Shown: one piece after another, positions 20,585 through 31,646 of the stretch
Layout of the letters: each line of letters starts with the position of its first letter
Position numbering within the stretch: the stretch's first letter is position 1
Source: an uncultured Acidobacteriota bacterium
GTDB lineage: Bacteria; Acidobacteriota; JAQAZP01
Reading direction: 5' to 3'
Assembly (NCBI GenBank): GCA_963836075.1
Contig: CAWIIB010000009.1
Coordinates: 2,144,001 to 2,208,000 of the forward strand
DNA: 64,000 nt
Program-made: the position numbers and the translations under genes
Notes under the pieces: generated by a model
The model's database searches: none
What the model was told of the DNA's origin: nothing
The model's input: the letters and a program-made list of their open reading frames with translations, nothing else

Positions 20585-22459
20585 ATGTCATCCCCCTGGT
20601 CCATCAGAAACCTGCTCCGTTCCCTTGTCCTGCTGGCACTGCTCCCGGCGGCGGGCTGTCTCGGGGAGCGGGACCGGGCGCTCAGTGAAGTGCTGGACTT
20701 CGTCTATCTTTTCCCCGGGGCCGCCGTATCAGAGACGGTCACGGCGGCGCCGGAGGCCAGGGCGGCGGTGTGGATCAACGACAGCCGCGTGGAGGACCGT
20801 TCCCACGTGAGCGGGCTTTTTGTGCGGCGCAGCGCCACGGTGGCCTACCGGCTGGACCTGGCCCGGCAACCGGTGTTCACCGTGGACCTCGGGCTGAAGG
20901 GGCGGCGCCGGGAGGGGGTTACCGACCCCCCCGGGGTGGATTTCAGCGTTCGGATCAGGGACGGCGAGACCACGGAGACCCTTTTTTCCGACACCTTCGA
21001 GACCTGGCAGGAGATGAACGCGGTCCGGCGGGTGCGGCTGGACCTGGCGGCCCATGCGGACCGGCCGGTGACCCTGATTCTTGAAACGTCGTTTCACCCC
21101 GGTGCCGACGGGCGGGTGCACGCGGTCTGGTCCAGGCCGCGCATCACCCAGCTGGTCCGGCACCCACCCGGGGACGCCGGGACCGGTGAGCCGCCCAATC
21201 TGATCCTGATCACCGTGGACACCCTCCGCGCCGACCACCTGGGGTGTTATGGCAGCGCCGAGGTGCGGACGCCCAACATGGACCGGCTGGCCCGGGAAGG
21301 AGTGGTCTTCTCGCAGGTGGTGAGCCAGTTCAACAACACCGTCCCCTCCCACGCCAGCCTGTTCACCTCCCAATACGGCGTGGATCACGGTTCGCTGCAC
21401 AACGCCGACCCGCTGGGAGAAGAGGCAATCACCCTGGCCGAGGTGCTGAGGGAGCAGGGCTACCGTACCGCCGCCATGGTGGGCGCATGGCACCTCGGCC
21501 CCGAGCACTCGGGACTGGGCCAGGGCTTCGAGGAGGTCAGGTCTCCGCACATGGAAAGGATGGCTCTCGATTCCACGCTGATGGCCCTCTCCTGGATCGG
21601 AGAGCATCGCGGCGAGCCGTTCTTTCTCTGGATCCATTACTACGACCCGCACCTGCCCTACGCGCCGGTCCCGCCCTTCGACCGGATGTACGGCAGCGAC
21701 CGGCAGTGGAGGGGCACGGGCCGCCCCACCATCGACGCCCAGATTCTCAACCGCCACGGTGTGCTCATCGCCAACCAGCCGCGGCACTGGTTCGAGGGTG
21801 TCACCGACCTCGGCTACCCGTCCGCCATGTACCGCGGGGAGGTGTCGGCCACCGACTACGCTTTTGGCGTGCTCTGGAAACAGCTCCGCAGGCTGGCTCT
21901 GGCCGAGCGCACCATTGTGGCGCTCACCGCCGATCACGGTGAGGGGCTGGGTGAGCACAACATCTTTTTCGGCCACCACGGGCTGTACGCCGAGCAGATC
22001 CGCATCCCGCTGATCATTCGCACGCCGGGCACGCGCCGTGCCCCCGCCACGGTGCCCCGACTGGTGGAGAGCATCGACGTGGCGCCCACCCTGCTGAGGA
22101 TTCTCGGTATTGCGGTCCCGCCGGCGATGAAGGGCACCGACCTGTTCGAGGCGGGGGAGCAGCCGATGGCCTTCTGCCAGCACGGGCACGATCAAGGGTT
22201 CACCATCCAGCAGGGGAAGTGGAAATTCACCCGCATCCACAAGCAGATGCCCGGCCTGGAGATGGGGACACGGCTGGTGGACCTGGCCGCGGATCCCGGA
22301 GAGACCAGGAACCTCGTGGAACAGTATCCGGAGGTGGCGGCGGCGCTGGAGGAGCTCGCCGGAACCCTGGCCGCGGGGGGCACCGCGGCACAGGAGCCGG
22401 AGCCGGTCCTCGATCCCGAAGTGGCCGAAAAACTCAAGGCCATGGGCTATCTCTACTGA
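20585..22459 (+). CDS. Sulfatase-like hydrolase/transferase, probable lipoprotein
   Basis: Lipobox-like AAGC, PNLILITVDTLRADHLG, TVPSHASLFT, HYYDPHLPY, TADHGE, IDVAPT, end LKAMGYLY. Confidence 0.85.
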   Translation: MSSPWSIRNLLRSLVLLALLPAAGCLGERDRALSEVLDFVYLFPGAAVSETVTAAPEARAAVWINDSRVEDRSHVSGLFVRRSATVAYRLDLARQPVFTVDLGLKGRRREGVTDPPGVDFSVRIRDGETTETLFSDTFETWQEMNAVRRVRLDLAAHADRPVTLILETSFHPGADGRVHAVWSRPRITQLVRHPPGDAGTGEPPNLILITVDTLRADHLGCYGSAEVRTPNMDRLAREGVVFSQVVSQFNNTVPSHASLFTSQYGVDHGSLHNADPLGEEAITLAEVLREQGYRTAAMVGAWHLGPEHSGLGQGFEEVRSPHMERMALDSTLMALSWIGEHRGEPFFLWIHYYDPHLPYAPVPPFDRMYGSDRQWRGTGRPTIDAQILNRHGVLIANQPRHWFEGVTDLGYPSAMYRGEVSATDYAFGVLWKQLRRLALAERTIVALTADHGEGLGEHNIFFGHHGLYAEQIRIPLIIRTPGTRRAPATVPRLVESIDVAPTLLRILGIAVPPAMKGTDLFEAGEQPMAFCQHGHDQGFTIQQGKWKFTRIHKQMPGLEMGTRLVDLAADPGETRNLVEQYPEVAAALEELAGTLAAGGTAAQEPEPVLDPEVAEKLKAMGYLY

Positions 22460-22639
22460 GCGCGTCCTGGCCGTTCCGCCGGAAAAGGGGTTGGACAGTG
22501 GGAGAGCGCATCTGCTACCATTGGTCGCGCGTGCAACCAATTATGATTACAGTCAGTTATACGGTCATTTCCACGATGGGGGGCGGCAGGGTTCGGGCCG
22601 CCCGGCCCCTGGCGGGAAAGAATGGTGATGGGAAGCAAC

Positions 22640-23848
22640 ATGAGCGGACAATCAGGTGACAGCCGGCAGGCGGCAGGGGTGCCGCTGCTCGATCTGAAGG
22701 CCCAGTATGCCGCCATCCGGTCCGAACTGGACGACGCGGTGCGCGGGGTCTGCGAGAGCCAGTATTTCATCCTCGGGCCTGAGGTCAAGGGCCTGGAGGA
22801 GGAGACCGCGGCCTACTGCGGCTGCCGCCACGCCGTCGGCGTTTCCAGCGGCACCGATGCCCTGCTGGCGGCACTGATGGCCTGCGGGGTGGGCCCCGGA
22901 GACGAGGTGGTCACCACCCCCTACACCTTCTTTGCCACCGCGGGCAGCATCTCCCGTCTGGGCGCAATCCCGGTCTTCGCCGACATCGATCCGGTGAGCT
23001 TCAACATCGACCCGAACCTGATCGAGGATGCGGTCACGCCCCGCACCAGGGCCATCCTGCCCGTGCACCTCTACGGCCAGGCAGCGGACATGGACCCCAT
23101 CCTCGCTCTTGCCCACAGCCGCGGCATCCCGGTGATCGAGGACGCCGCCCAGGCCATCGGCACCGAGTACAAGGGCCGCCGGGCCGGCAGTATGGGACGT
23201 CTGGGCTGTTTCAGTTTCTTCCCCAGCAAGAACCTCGGGGGGTTCGGGGACGGCGGCCTGGTGACCACCGGCGACGACGACCTGGCGGTGCGGCTCCAGG
23301 AACTGCGGATGCACGGCAGCGAGAAGAAGTACTACCACCACACGGTGGGCGGCAACTTCCGGCTGGATGCCCTGCAGGCCGCTGTGCTGCGGGTCAAGCT
23401 GCGCTACCTCGACGGCTGGACCGCCGGCCGCCAGCAGAATGCCGCCGTCTACAACCAGCTCTTTCTCGACGCCGGGCTGCTGGACCCCGAAACGGGAATC
23501 ATCTCCCTGCCGCTGGAATCGCCGGTCTTCGGCGGCGGCACACCGCGCGGCGATCAGCCGGTGGCCGCGGGCCACCGCCATATCTACAACCAGTATGTCA
23601 TCCGCTGTCACCGCCGCGACGACCTGCGCGATCACCTGCAGCAGCGGAAGATCGGCTGCGATATCTACTACCCGGTGCCCCTGCACCTCCAGGAATGTTT
23701 CTCCGGTCTCGGCGGCCGGCCCGGCCAGTTCCCGGCGAGCGAACTGGCCGCCGGCCAGACCCTCGCTCTGCCCATCTTTCCCGAGCTGGGGCAGCAGCGG
23801 ATGGAAACCGTGGTCAACGCCATCGCCGATTTCTACAGGAATGCCTGA
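22640..23848 (+). CDS. DegT/DnrJ/EryC1/StrS PLP-dependent nucleotide-sugar aminotransferase
   Basis: [50 protein letters not shown]. Confidence 0.95.
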   Translation: MSGQSGDSRQAAGVPLLDLKAQYAAIRSELDDAVRGVCESQYFILGPEVKGLEEETAAYCGCRHAVGVSSGTDALLAALMACGVGPGDEVVTTPYTFFATAGSISRLGAIPVFADIDPVSFNIDPNLIEDAVTPRTRAILPVHLYGQAADMDPILALAHSRGIPVIEDAAQAIGTEYKGRRAGSMGRLGCFSFFPSKNLGGFGDGGLVTTGDDDLAVRLQELRMHGSEKKYYHHTVGGNFRLDALQAAVLRVKLRYLDGWTAGRQQNAAVYNQLFLDAGLLDPETGIISLPLESPVFGGGTPRGDQPVAAGHRHIYNQYVIRCHRRDDLRDHLQQRKIGCDIYYPVPLHLQECFSGLGGRPGQFPASELAAGQTLALPIFPELGQQRMETVVNAIADFYRNA

Positions 23849-23851
23849 GCC

Positions 23852-24841
23852 GTGATCATCACCCAGACCCCCCTGCGCGTCAGCCTGGCCGGCGGCGGCA
23901 CCGATTTCCCCGACTACTTTCGCCGGGAGGGGACCACCTTTATCAGCACCGCCATCGACAAGTATGTCTTCGTGATCATCAAGGAGCGCTTCGACGACCT
24001 GATCGTGCTCAACTACTCGGACCGCGAGATCGTGGAGAGCGTGGACCAGATCGGCCACGACCTGATCCGTGAAGCGCTGCGCATCACCGGCATCCACCGG
24101 GGGGTGGAGATCACCACCCTGGCCGACATTCCCTCGGAAGGGTGCGGGCTGGGTTCTTCCAGCAGCATCACCGTCGGACTGCTCAACGCCTTCTACGCCT
24201 TTGGCGGCGAGCAGGTGACCGCCGAGCGTCTGGCCCGGGAGGCGGTGCGCATCGAGGTGGAGACCCTCGGCCGGCCCATCGGCATCCAGGACCAGTATAT
24301 TGCGGCCTACGGCAACCTGCGGCACTTCCAGGTGGACGTTGACGGCCGGGTGGTCTGCCGGCCCGTCGGGGTCAGCGAGGGTGACAAGCGGCGTCTCGGC
24401 GAGCAACTGATGCTCTGGTATCTCAACTCCACCCGCAGTGCGGCCAGTGTCCTGGAGACCCAGAAGGAGAACATCTCCAACCGCATCGGCCAGCTGGACA
24501 GCCTGCGCCGGCTGGTCCCGGGGGTGGAGGAAAGCCTGCTGGCCGGACGGATCGACGATGTGGGCCGCGCGCTGCACGACGGCTGGTCCATCAAGCGCGA
24601 ACTGGCCGACACCATCTCCAACCAGGGCATCGACCGCCTCTACGACCTGGCCCGCAACGCCGGGGCCCTGGGCGGCAAGGTGGTGGGGGCGGGCGGGGGA
24701 GGTTTCCTGCTGCTCTACTGCCCCCGGGAGCGCCAGGACGCTTTGCGTGAGGCTTTTTCCGGGTATCGCGAGCTGCCCTTCGGCCTGGAGCGGGACGGGA
24801 GCAAGGTGATCTTCAACGCGCTGCGCTACAGCACCAAGTAG
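23852..24841 (+). CDS. GHMP-family sugar kinase (HddA, heptose-7-phosphate kinase-like)
   Basis: PLRVSLAGGGTD, GLGSSSS, IGIQDQY, GGKVVGAGGGGFLL. Confidence 0.88.
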   Translation: MIITQTPLRVSLAGGGTDFPDYFRREGTTFISTAIDKYVFVIIKERFDDLIVLNYSDREIVESVDQIGHDLIREALRITGIHRGVEITTLADIPSEGCGLGSSSSITVGLLNAFYAFGGEQVTAERLAREAVRIEVETLGRPIGIQDQYIAAYGNLRHFQVDVDGRVVCRPVGVSEGDKRRLGEQLMLWYLNSTRSAASVLETQKENISNRIGQLDSLRRLVPGVEESLLAGRIDDVGRALHDGWSIKRELADTISNQGIDRLYDLARNAGALGGKVVGAGGGGFLLLYCPRERQDALREAFSGYRELPFGLERDGSKVIFNALRYSTK

Positions 24842-24870
24842 ATGCTCACTTCCACTGTTGGCCCGGGGAA

Positions 24871-25620
24871 CTATTCATCGCTTTTTCGGAAAAGCGCCGG
24901 CCGGCAGATCCCCATCCGTTGCCCCAGTCCCAGCAGGGACGTCCACAGCACACCGAGACCGTAGACCACGCTGCGGCGGAAGTTGATCGACGACGATTCG
25001 TCGATGTAGCGGCAGGGACAGGAGACCTCGGCGATGCGGTAGCCCCGCATGATCACCTGGGCCAGCATCTGGTTGTCAAAGAGGAAGTCGTCCGAGTTGT
25101 TTTCCAGCGGCAGGGAGAGGAGCACTTCCCGGCTGAACGCCCGGTACCCGGTGTGATACTCGGAGAGTTTGTGGCCCAGCATCAGGTTCTGGAAGAAGGT
25201 CAGCGCCCGGTTGGAGAGATATTTGTAGAGCGGCATGCCGCCCTGCAGGGCGCCGGCACCCAGGATCCGCGACCCGAGGGCCACGTCGAACTCGCCGCAG
25301 GCGATGGCCGAGCAGAGGGTGGGCGCCAGCTTCGGGGTGTACTGGTAGTCGGGGTGGATCATCACCACGATATCCGCGCCTCTCTCCAGCGCCGCACGGT
25401 AGCAAGTCTTCTGGTTGCCGCCGTAGCCGAGGTTCCGCGGGTGGCGGATGACCTCCACACCCAGCTCGGCGGCCAGGGCGACGGTGCGGTCCGCGCTGGC
25501 GTCGTCCACCAGGATCACCGTGTCCGCCGCCTCCGCCGGAATCTCGGACACCGTGCGAGCCAGCGTCTTCTCGGCATTGTAGGCCGGCAGCACCACCACG
25601 ATTTTCTTGCCCTGGATCAT
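24871..25620 (-). CDS. GT2 glycosyltransferase (DPM1-like)
   Basis: VVLPAYNAEKT, LVDDAS, NLGYGGNQKT, HPDYQY, EYHTGYRAF. Confidence 0.92.
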   Translation of the reverse strand: MIQGKKIVVVLPAYNAEKTLARTVSEIPAEAADTVILVDDASADRTVALAAELGVEVIRHPRNLGYGGNQKTCYRAALERGADIVVMIHPDYQYTPKLAPTLCSAIACGEFDVALGSRILGAGALQGGMPLYKYLSNRALTFFQNLMLGHKLSEYHTGYRAFSREVLLSLPLENNSDDFLFDNQMLAQVIMRGYRIAEVSCPCRYIDESSSINFRRSVVYGLGVLWTSLLGLGQRMGICRPALFRKSDE

Positions 25621-25727
25621 CGGAAAGCACGCTCCCCGTCGGTGAGACAACGCTGAATCATAATGCCCGGCGGCTGAGCTTGGCAAGGATCGGCCCTGCC
25701 GGGGACGATCGGGTATACTGCCCTGCT

Positions 25728-26633
25728 ATGAACAGCAAAGCACAGCCAGTGGGCATCCGGGTGCACCTGGGCCTGCTCTTCATCCAGCTCACCTTCGGCG
25801 GGTTCCACGTCATGGGCAAGTACGTTCTGGGGACCCTCCACCCCTTTGCCGTTGCCGGGGCCCGGGTGGCCGTGGCCGCTCCGGTGCTGCTGGCCCTGGC
25901 CTGGCTGGTGGACCGCACGCTGCCCGCACGAGGCGACTTGCCGCGGCTGGCCCTGCTGGGCCTGCTGGGGGTCTTTGCCAACCAGCTGCTCTTCATCATC
26001 GGTCTGCAATACACCACCGCCACCAACGCCGGGATCCTGATGCCCTCCATACCCGTGTTTGCCGTGGGGCTGGCGGCGCTGTTCGGGCAGGACCGTCTGG
26101 AAGGTCGGCGGCTGGCCGGCATCGGCCTGGCCGTGGCCGGGGCGCTGGTGATGCTCGACGTTACCCGCTTTGACCTGGGCGGGGGCGGAGAGTTGCTGGG
26201 CAACGGGTTGATCCTGAGCAACTGCCTCTGCTACGCCGCCTTCCTCGTGCTGCAGAAACCCCTGCTCCGGCGACTGCCCCCGCTCACCGTCATCGCCTGG
26301 TCCTTTCTCTTTGGCGGCATCCCCGTGCTGGCCGTCACCGCGGGCCGGCTGCCGGAGCTCAATCCGGCGACACTGCCCCCGCCGGTGCTGGCCGGGATGA
26401 TCTACGTGGTGCTGGTGCCCACGGTGATCAACTACGCGCTGGCCACCTGGGCGGTGAAACGGTCTTCGCCGGCCCTGGTGGCGGCGTACATCACCCTCCA
26501 GCCGGTGGCCGCCGGCGGCCTGGCCATGCTCTTTCTGGGGGAGCGTGCCGGCCTGCGGGAACTGGCCGGCTTCGTGCTTATCGTTCTGGGGTTGTATACG
26601 GTGAGCCGCCGGGGGGCGGTGGAGCGGGGGTGA
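25728..26633 (+). CDS. EamA/DMT family transporter
   Basis: About ten TMs in two repeats; GLQYTTATNAGIL, YITLQPV, FLGE. Confidence 0.9.
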   Translation: MNSKAQPVGIRVHLGLLFIQLTFGGFHVMGKYVLGTLHPFAVAGARVAVAAPVLLALAWLVDRTLPARGDLPRLALLGLLGVFANQLLFIIGLQYTTATNAGILMPSIPVFAVGLAALFGQDRLEGRRLAGIGLAVAGALVMLDVTRFDLGGGGELLGNGLILSNCLCYAAFLVLQKPLLRRLPPLTVIAWSFLFGGIPVLAVTAGRLPELNPATLPPPVLAGMIYVVLVPTVINYALATWAVKRSSPALVAAYITLQPVAAGGLAMLFLGERAGLRELAGFVLIVLGLYTVSRRGAVERG

Positions 26634-26642
26634 TGTGGCGGG

Positions 26643-28055
26643 TTACTCCAGGTAGCCCAGCGCCTGCAGCCGTCTCACCTGCTCGGCGTCGAGGTCCACG
26701 GCATCCGCCGCCCGGTGCTCCCGGCCCGTGTCCAGTTGTTCCCTGACCCACTGCAGGTCGGCCAGCATCCGGTCCCGGCGTTCGACGGAACGGCCGGCGA
26801 GGTCTGTCTGTTCGTCGGGGTCCTGCCGCCGGTCATAGAGCTCGGCCCGTGCCGCCGCTTCCTTCCCTTCCCCGGGCCGCAGAATCAGTTTGAAGCCCTC
26901 CGACTGCCAGGAGTAGAGGTCGGCTCCCCAGAAGTTCCCCTCGGCAAAGACCGGGCGGTCGCCCTGTTCGCGGCCCTCGATCAGCGGGACCAGCGATTTC
27001 CCGGCAAAGGATTCCACCGGGGAGAGGCCGGTCAGTTCGAGAACCGTGGGAGCCAGGTCGATCTGGCGCACCGAGCTGTCCAGCACCAGGCCCTCCGGCA
27101 ACCGGCCGGGAAGCCGGACCACCAGCGGCACGTGCAGCAGCTCCTCGTACAGCGTGTGCCCGTGCTCGAATCCCTGGTGGTCGCCGAACTCCTCCCCATG
27201 ATCGGCAGTGATCACCACCAGGGTGGACGAGTCCAGCTCCAGTGTGGCCAGGCCGTCCAGCAGCCGGCCGATCTCCCGGTCGGTGTAGGCCACTTCGGCG
27301 TCATAGAGCCCTTCGAGGCGGGAGAGCAGCGCCGGGGCCAGCCTGATCCGTCCCTGGCGCAGGGCGGTCATCTCCGCTTTGGAGCCAAAGAGGTGACCAC
27401 GGCCGGCCCGGTCCGGCTGGCGGGCGTGCCGCCGGCGGAATTCGGCCGGCGGGTCGTATTCCAGGTGGGGGTCGAAATAGTGGACCAGGAGAAAAAAGGG
27501 GGCCCCTTTCAACTCATCCAGTCGCTGGAGGGCGGCGTCGGTGGTGGGGGCCGCGATGCGGGTTCCGCTGTTCGATTCGCTGGCTGCGAAATCAACGGCC
27601 TCGAACCCCCGGGTCATCCCGAAGGCCGAAGAGAGGAAATCGACGTTGATCACCGCCGCCGTCCGGTAACCGGCATCGCCGAACCGCTGCGGCAGGGTGG
27701 GGATCTGTTCGGGCAGCGTACTGAAGCGGAACGGCCCCAGCTTCTCCCCGGCCCGGTGTTGCGACGGGTGGCGGGAGGTGAGCAGCGACGCTACGGAGGG
27801 CAGGGTCCAGGGGGAGTGGGCACTGGCCCTGGAGAAGCGGACGCCGCCCGCCGCCGCCCTGTCGATGGACGGGGTGAGCCCGGAACTGTTTCCCTGGCAT
27901 CCCAGGCGGTCGGCCCGCAACGTATCCACCACCACCAGCAGCACGTTCACCGGTTTTTCCGTCTCGGCGGAAGGCCGGGGCGCGCAGCTCTCCGTCTGCC
28001 AGAACAGCAGGGCGGTGATGATGGCGGCAAGTAACGGGAGAGTTTTTCTCTTCAT
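26643..28055 (-). CDS. Exported sulfatase-like hydrolase/transferase
   Basis: Signal MKRKTLPLLAAII, NVLLVVVDTLRADRLG, PWTLPSVASLLT, HYFDPHLEY, TADHGEEF, IDLAPT, end LQALGYLE. Confidence 0.85.
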   Translation of the reverse strand: MKRKTLPLLAAIITALLFWQTESCAPRPSAETEKPVNVLLVVVDTLRADRLGCQGNSSGLTPSIDRAAAGGVRFSRASAHSPWTLPSVASLLTSRHPSQHRAGEKLGPFRFSTLPEQIPTLPQRFGDAGYRTAAVINVDFLSSAFGMTRGFEAVDFAASESNSGTRIAAPTTDAALQRLDELKGAPFFLLVHYFDPHLEYDPPAEFRRRHARQPDRAGRGHLFGSKAEMTALRQGRIRLAPALLSRLEGLYDAEVAYTDREIGRLLDGLATLELDSSTLVVITADHGEEFGDHQGFEHGHTLYEELLHVPLVVRLPGRLPEGLVLDSSVRQIDLAPTVLELTGLSPVESFAGKSLVPLIEGREQGDRPVFAEGNFWGADLYSWQSEGFKLILRPGEGKEAAARAELYDRRQDPDEQTDLAGRSVERRDRMLADLQWVREQLDTGREHRAADAVDLDAEQVRRLQALGYLE

Positions 28056-28270
28056 CAATGTTTTTCCACAGTGCTCCCGGGCGTTTGAAATCCAGGCCGA
28101 GGGGAAGGATATCAGCATCGGCCCGGCCGGAAAAGGGTGGGGGAAGGTTGTGTGGACCAGCTGGACGAAAGACGGACAAATTGCGGCAATCGACTCAGGA
28201 TATACGGCTGATGTGCCGAATAGAAATGAGGTGTCTGGCGCTGTGACTTGTGCATGAGGCAGCTGAAACA

Positions 28271-30439
28271 ATGGTAAACGAACTCTACCGCCACCAGAAT
28301 CCACCGCTGATTCCATCCGACGCCGCTTCCACGGCCGGCGGCCGTCCGGGCCCGGTTCCCGATGATGCCCGGGGTGAGCCCGAGGAGTTAAAACTGCTGG
28401 AGGGTGAGGACGTATCGCTCCAGATGGAGCTGGAGCGGCGGATCAGTGAACTGGAAGAGGAGAACCGGGCCCTGCGGGCCGAACGGGATGCGGCCCGGGA
28501 TTCGGAACAGGCCAAGAGCGCTTTCCTGGCCAACATGTCGCATGAGATCCGGACCCCGATGAACGGGATCATCGGAATGACCGACCTGGTGCTGCGCACC
28601 GACCTGACCCGTGAACAGCAGGAATACATCGAGCTCTCGCGGAGTTCGGCCGAATCGATGCTCGACCTGCTCAATGACGTTCTCGACTTCTCCAAAATGG
28701 AAGCAGGCCAGATGGAGCTGGAATCCATCGGGTTCAACCTGCGTCAGATGCTGGAATCCACTGCCGATGCACTGGCGGTGCGGGCACACAATAAATCGCT
28801 GGAACTGACCTGCCGGATTCGCAACGACGTGCCGCTGGACCTGCTGGGCGACCCGACACGGTTGCGGCAGATCCTGATGAATCTCGGCGTCAACGCCATC
28901 AAGTTCACCACTGCCGGGAACATCGCCATCAGCTGTGAAGTGGAGGCAAGAACCGGGAACCGGGTGACCCTGCACTTTGCCGTGACCGACAGCGGCATCG
29001 GCATCTCCGGGGACCAGGTGGAGGCAATCTTTCAGAGCTACCGGCAGGCGGACGGTACGGTGAGCCGGATCCACGGCGGCACCGGCCTCGGCCTGGCCAT
29101 CTGCCGCCAGCTCACCGAAATGATGGGTGGGCGCGTGTGGGCCAGCAGCGAAGAGTCCCGGGGAAGCACGTTCCACTGCACCGCCGAGTTCCTGATGACC
29201 GGGCCGGTGTCCGGCGAGGCCTTCACCCCGTCGGAGGTGCTGGCCGGGGTCCGGACCCTGGTGGTGGACGACAACCCGGCCAGCCGGGACATTCTCAACG
29301 ACATGATGGACCTCTGCGGCATGCAGTCCGCTGAGGCGGAGAGCGGGGAAGCGGCGCTGGAAGAGTTGACCCGGGCTGCCGCGGCGGGCCAGCCGTACCG
29401 GGTGGCGGTGATCGATGTGGACATGCCGGGAATGGACGGGTTCGAGGTGAGCCGGCGGATCGGGGAGAACGACCAGCTGGATGCCGACGTGGTCCTGCTC
29501 TCCTCCCTCGGCCGTGACGGCGACATCAAACTGTGCCAGGACCGGGGAATCGAGGCCTATCTGATGAAGCCGGTGAAACTGGCCCAGCTGGCTGCGGCGA
29601 TGACCCGGCTGCTGGAGGCGGCACAGGAGGAGCCGGCGCCGGTGGTCGACGAGGTTGCGGATCCGGCCAACCTGCTGAACATCCTGATCGTGGAGGACAA
29701 CCTGGTCAATCAGAAACTGGCGGTCCGGTTGCTCAAGCGCAGGGGTGACACGGTGACCGTGGCGGATAATGGCGCCATGGCTTTGCAGTACGTGAAGCAG
29801 AACACGTACGACTGCATTTTGATGGACATTCAGATGCCGGTGATGGACGGGATCACCGCGGCGGGGAGGATCCGGGAACTGGAGGCCCAGGGGGAACAGC
29901 ACATTCCGATCATCGCCATGACCGCTCACGCGATGAAGGGCGACCGGGAGCGCTGCCTGGGGGCCGGAATGGATGAATACGTGACCAAGCCGATCAACGT
30001 CCAGCAACTGTATGGCCTGCTGGACAAGGTTGGGGCCGGCGAGGTGATCATTGCGCCGGAGAGGCAATCCCGCATGGCCGAGCAGCCCGCCAGAGGTGAC
30101 CTGCTCGACTTCGACTCGATCCTCGACGATTTCGACCGGGACCAGCGGTTGCTGGCGGATGTTATCCGGATGTTCATGGAGGAGTCGGTCCAGCTGTTCG
30201 AACGCCTCAGCCATGCCATTGTTTCCGGGGATGCCGACGAGCTGAAGAGAGCGGCGCACTCGCTGAAGGGGTCAGTGGGCTATTTCAAGGTGGATCGGCT
30301 TTCCGAAATGACCTCCAGACTGGAGAGCCTGGGGGCCAGCGGCACCACTGAGGGCGGCGGGGAGATAATGACCTCTCTGGGATCCCTCCTCGACAAGACG
30401 ATCCTCGACATGCAGGGCTACCTCGACGAACAGGGCTGA
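28271..30439 (+). CDS. Cytoplasmic hybrid histidine kinase (HisKA-HATPase-REC-REC-Hpt)
   Basis: [35 protein letters not shown], two receivers ([19 protein letters not shown]), Hpt AHSLKG; no TM. Confidence 0.93.
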   Translation: MVNELYRHQNPPLIPSDAASTAGGRPGPVPDDARGEPEELKLLEGEDVSLQMELERRISELEEENRALRAERDAARDSEQAKSAFLANMSHEIRTPMNGIIGMTDLVLRTDLTREQQEYIELSRSSAESMLDLLNDVLDFSKMEAGQMELESIGFNLRQMLESTADALAVRAHNKSLELTCRIRNDVPLDLLGDPTRLRQILMNLGVNAIKFTTAGNIAISCEVEARTGNRVTLHFAVTDSGIGISGDQVEAIFQSYRQADGTVSRIHGGTGLGLAICRQLTEMMGGRVWASSEESRGSTFHCTAEFLMTGPVSGEAFTPSEVLAGVRTLVVDDNPASRDILNDMMDLCGMQSAEAESGEAALEELTRAAAAGQPYRVAVIDVDMPGMDGFEVSRRIGENDQLDADVVLLSSLGRDGDIKLCQDRGIEAYLMKPVKLAQLAAAMTRLLEAAQEEPAPVVDEVADPANLLNILIVEDNLVNQKLAVRLLKRRGDTVTVADNGAMALQYVKQNTYDCILMDIQMPVMDGITAAGRIRELEAQGEQHIPIIAMTAHAMKGDRERCLGAGMDEYVTKPINVQQLYGLLDKVGAGEVIIAPERQSRMAEQPARGDLLDFDSILDDFDRDQRLLADVIRMFMEESVQLFERLSHAIVSGDADELKRAAHSLKGSVGYFKVDRLSEMTSRLESLGASGTTEGGGEIMTSLGSLLDKTILDMQGYLDEQG

Positions 30440-30566
30440 GGCGATGAACATGCGCCACCCCCTTCCTTTTCCGTGGGCACCGATCGCGTCCAGCGGGCCG
30501 GCCTGACCCTCACCGTTATCTCCCGCATCGACACGGATGACTGGCCGGTCCGCGAATTCCGCCGGG

Positions 30567-31505
30567 TCAGGCGGTTTTCTTGATCACCACCAGGCTGATG
30601 TCGTCGGAGGGCAGCGCCCAGGCCAGCAGGTCGTTCTTTATGCTGGCCACGATGTCTCGGGACGAATGGTCCTTGACCTTTTTCAGTACGGTCTCCAGGC
30701 GGTGCGGGTACCAGGGGTGCTCCTGGCCGCCGTGCTCGGACAGCCCGTCGGTGAACAGCAGCAGGATGTCGCCCACCCCCATCAGGCTGATCTCGTTGGC
30801 GGTGTAACGGTCCTTGTAGCCCAGCGAGGGCTCCAGGTCTATCCCGTCGATGTCCCCCTTGGCCGGCATGGTGCCGATGGGGGGGAAGATGGTCAGGTGG
30901 TCCGGGCAGATTTCCACGAAACAGTCCCACTCGTGGGAAAAGACCCGGGGCAGCGGGTGGGCCGCGCTGAGGAAACGGAAGGTGCCGTCATCGGCGATCT
31001 CGCCATAGATCATGGTCAGATACTTGGTGATCCGCGACGACTTGTGAAACCGCACGTTGATGTTTTCGAAAAGCCGGGCGGTGACCTCGCCGGAAAAGTC
31101 CATCTCGTAGCGGATGCCCAGCAGAAACGCCTGGTGCAGCATGGCGGCCAGCAGGTGGTCGGTGATGCGGTGCCCGGACACATCGGTGAGCAGCACGCCG
31201 GCCCGGTGCCTTGCCTGCTCCAGCTTGACCGCCACCGCGGGCCGGTCGGTGCGGCGCGCTTCCAGAATGCGGGCGTCGAGGTCGAAGCGGTTGGAGAAGT
31301 CGACGTAAATCAGGTGGTCGCCGCCGATGACACCGTTGAGCGGAATGGTCTCGCCATAGATGTCGATCCCCTCCAGCTGCGGGATGTCTCCCGAGGAGGG
31401 TTTGAGGTTCTCGGCGATGGACTGGAAGTTGGCCAGCTCGTCGGCGAGGGTCTCGAGGTATTGCTGGCGCTTCCAGTTGTGTGAGGTGCTCATGCCGTCC
31501 GTCAC
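30567..31505 (-). CDS. PP2C/SpoIIE-family (RsbU-like) Ser/Thr phosphatase
   Basis: IGGDH, TDVSGH, FLSAAHP, LFTDGL, SDDISLVVIK. Alternative ATG at 31493. Confidence 0.85.
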   Translation of the reverse strand: MTDGMSTSHNWKRQQYLETLADELANFQSIAENLKPSSGDIPQLEGIDIYGETIPLNGVIGGDHLIYVDFSNRFDLDARILEARRTDRPAVAVKLEQARHRAGVLLTDVSGHRITDHLLAAMLHQAFLLGIRYEMDFSGEVTARLFENINVRFHKSSRITKYLTMIYGEIADDGTFRFLSAAHPLPRVFSHEWDCFVEICPDHLTIFPPIGTMPAKGDIDGIDLEPSLGYKDRYTANEISLMGVGDILLLFTDGLSEHGGQEHPWYPHRLETVLKKVKDHSSRDIVASIKNDLLAWALPSDDISLVVIKKTA

Positions 31506-31646
31506 TCCATAATCTCCCGCTCTGCCGGTCCCCGCCGCGGTTCCTCAGCAAGGACGGAAGAGTGTAACATAAGAGCGGCGGGCAATCCGACATCCATTTG
31601 GCAGGCCGGGGCGCAGGCGATCCTGGGCTCCGGAGGAGCACTGGCA

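Noticed and set aside
31506-31646. Cobalamin riboswitch or RiPP precursor upstream of the B12 radical SAM
   Set aside because: No B12-box consensus recognised and no convincing small ORF with an RBS.
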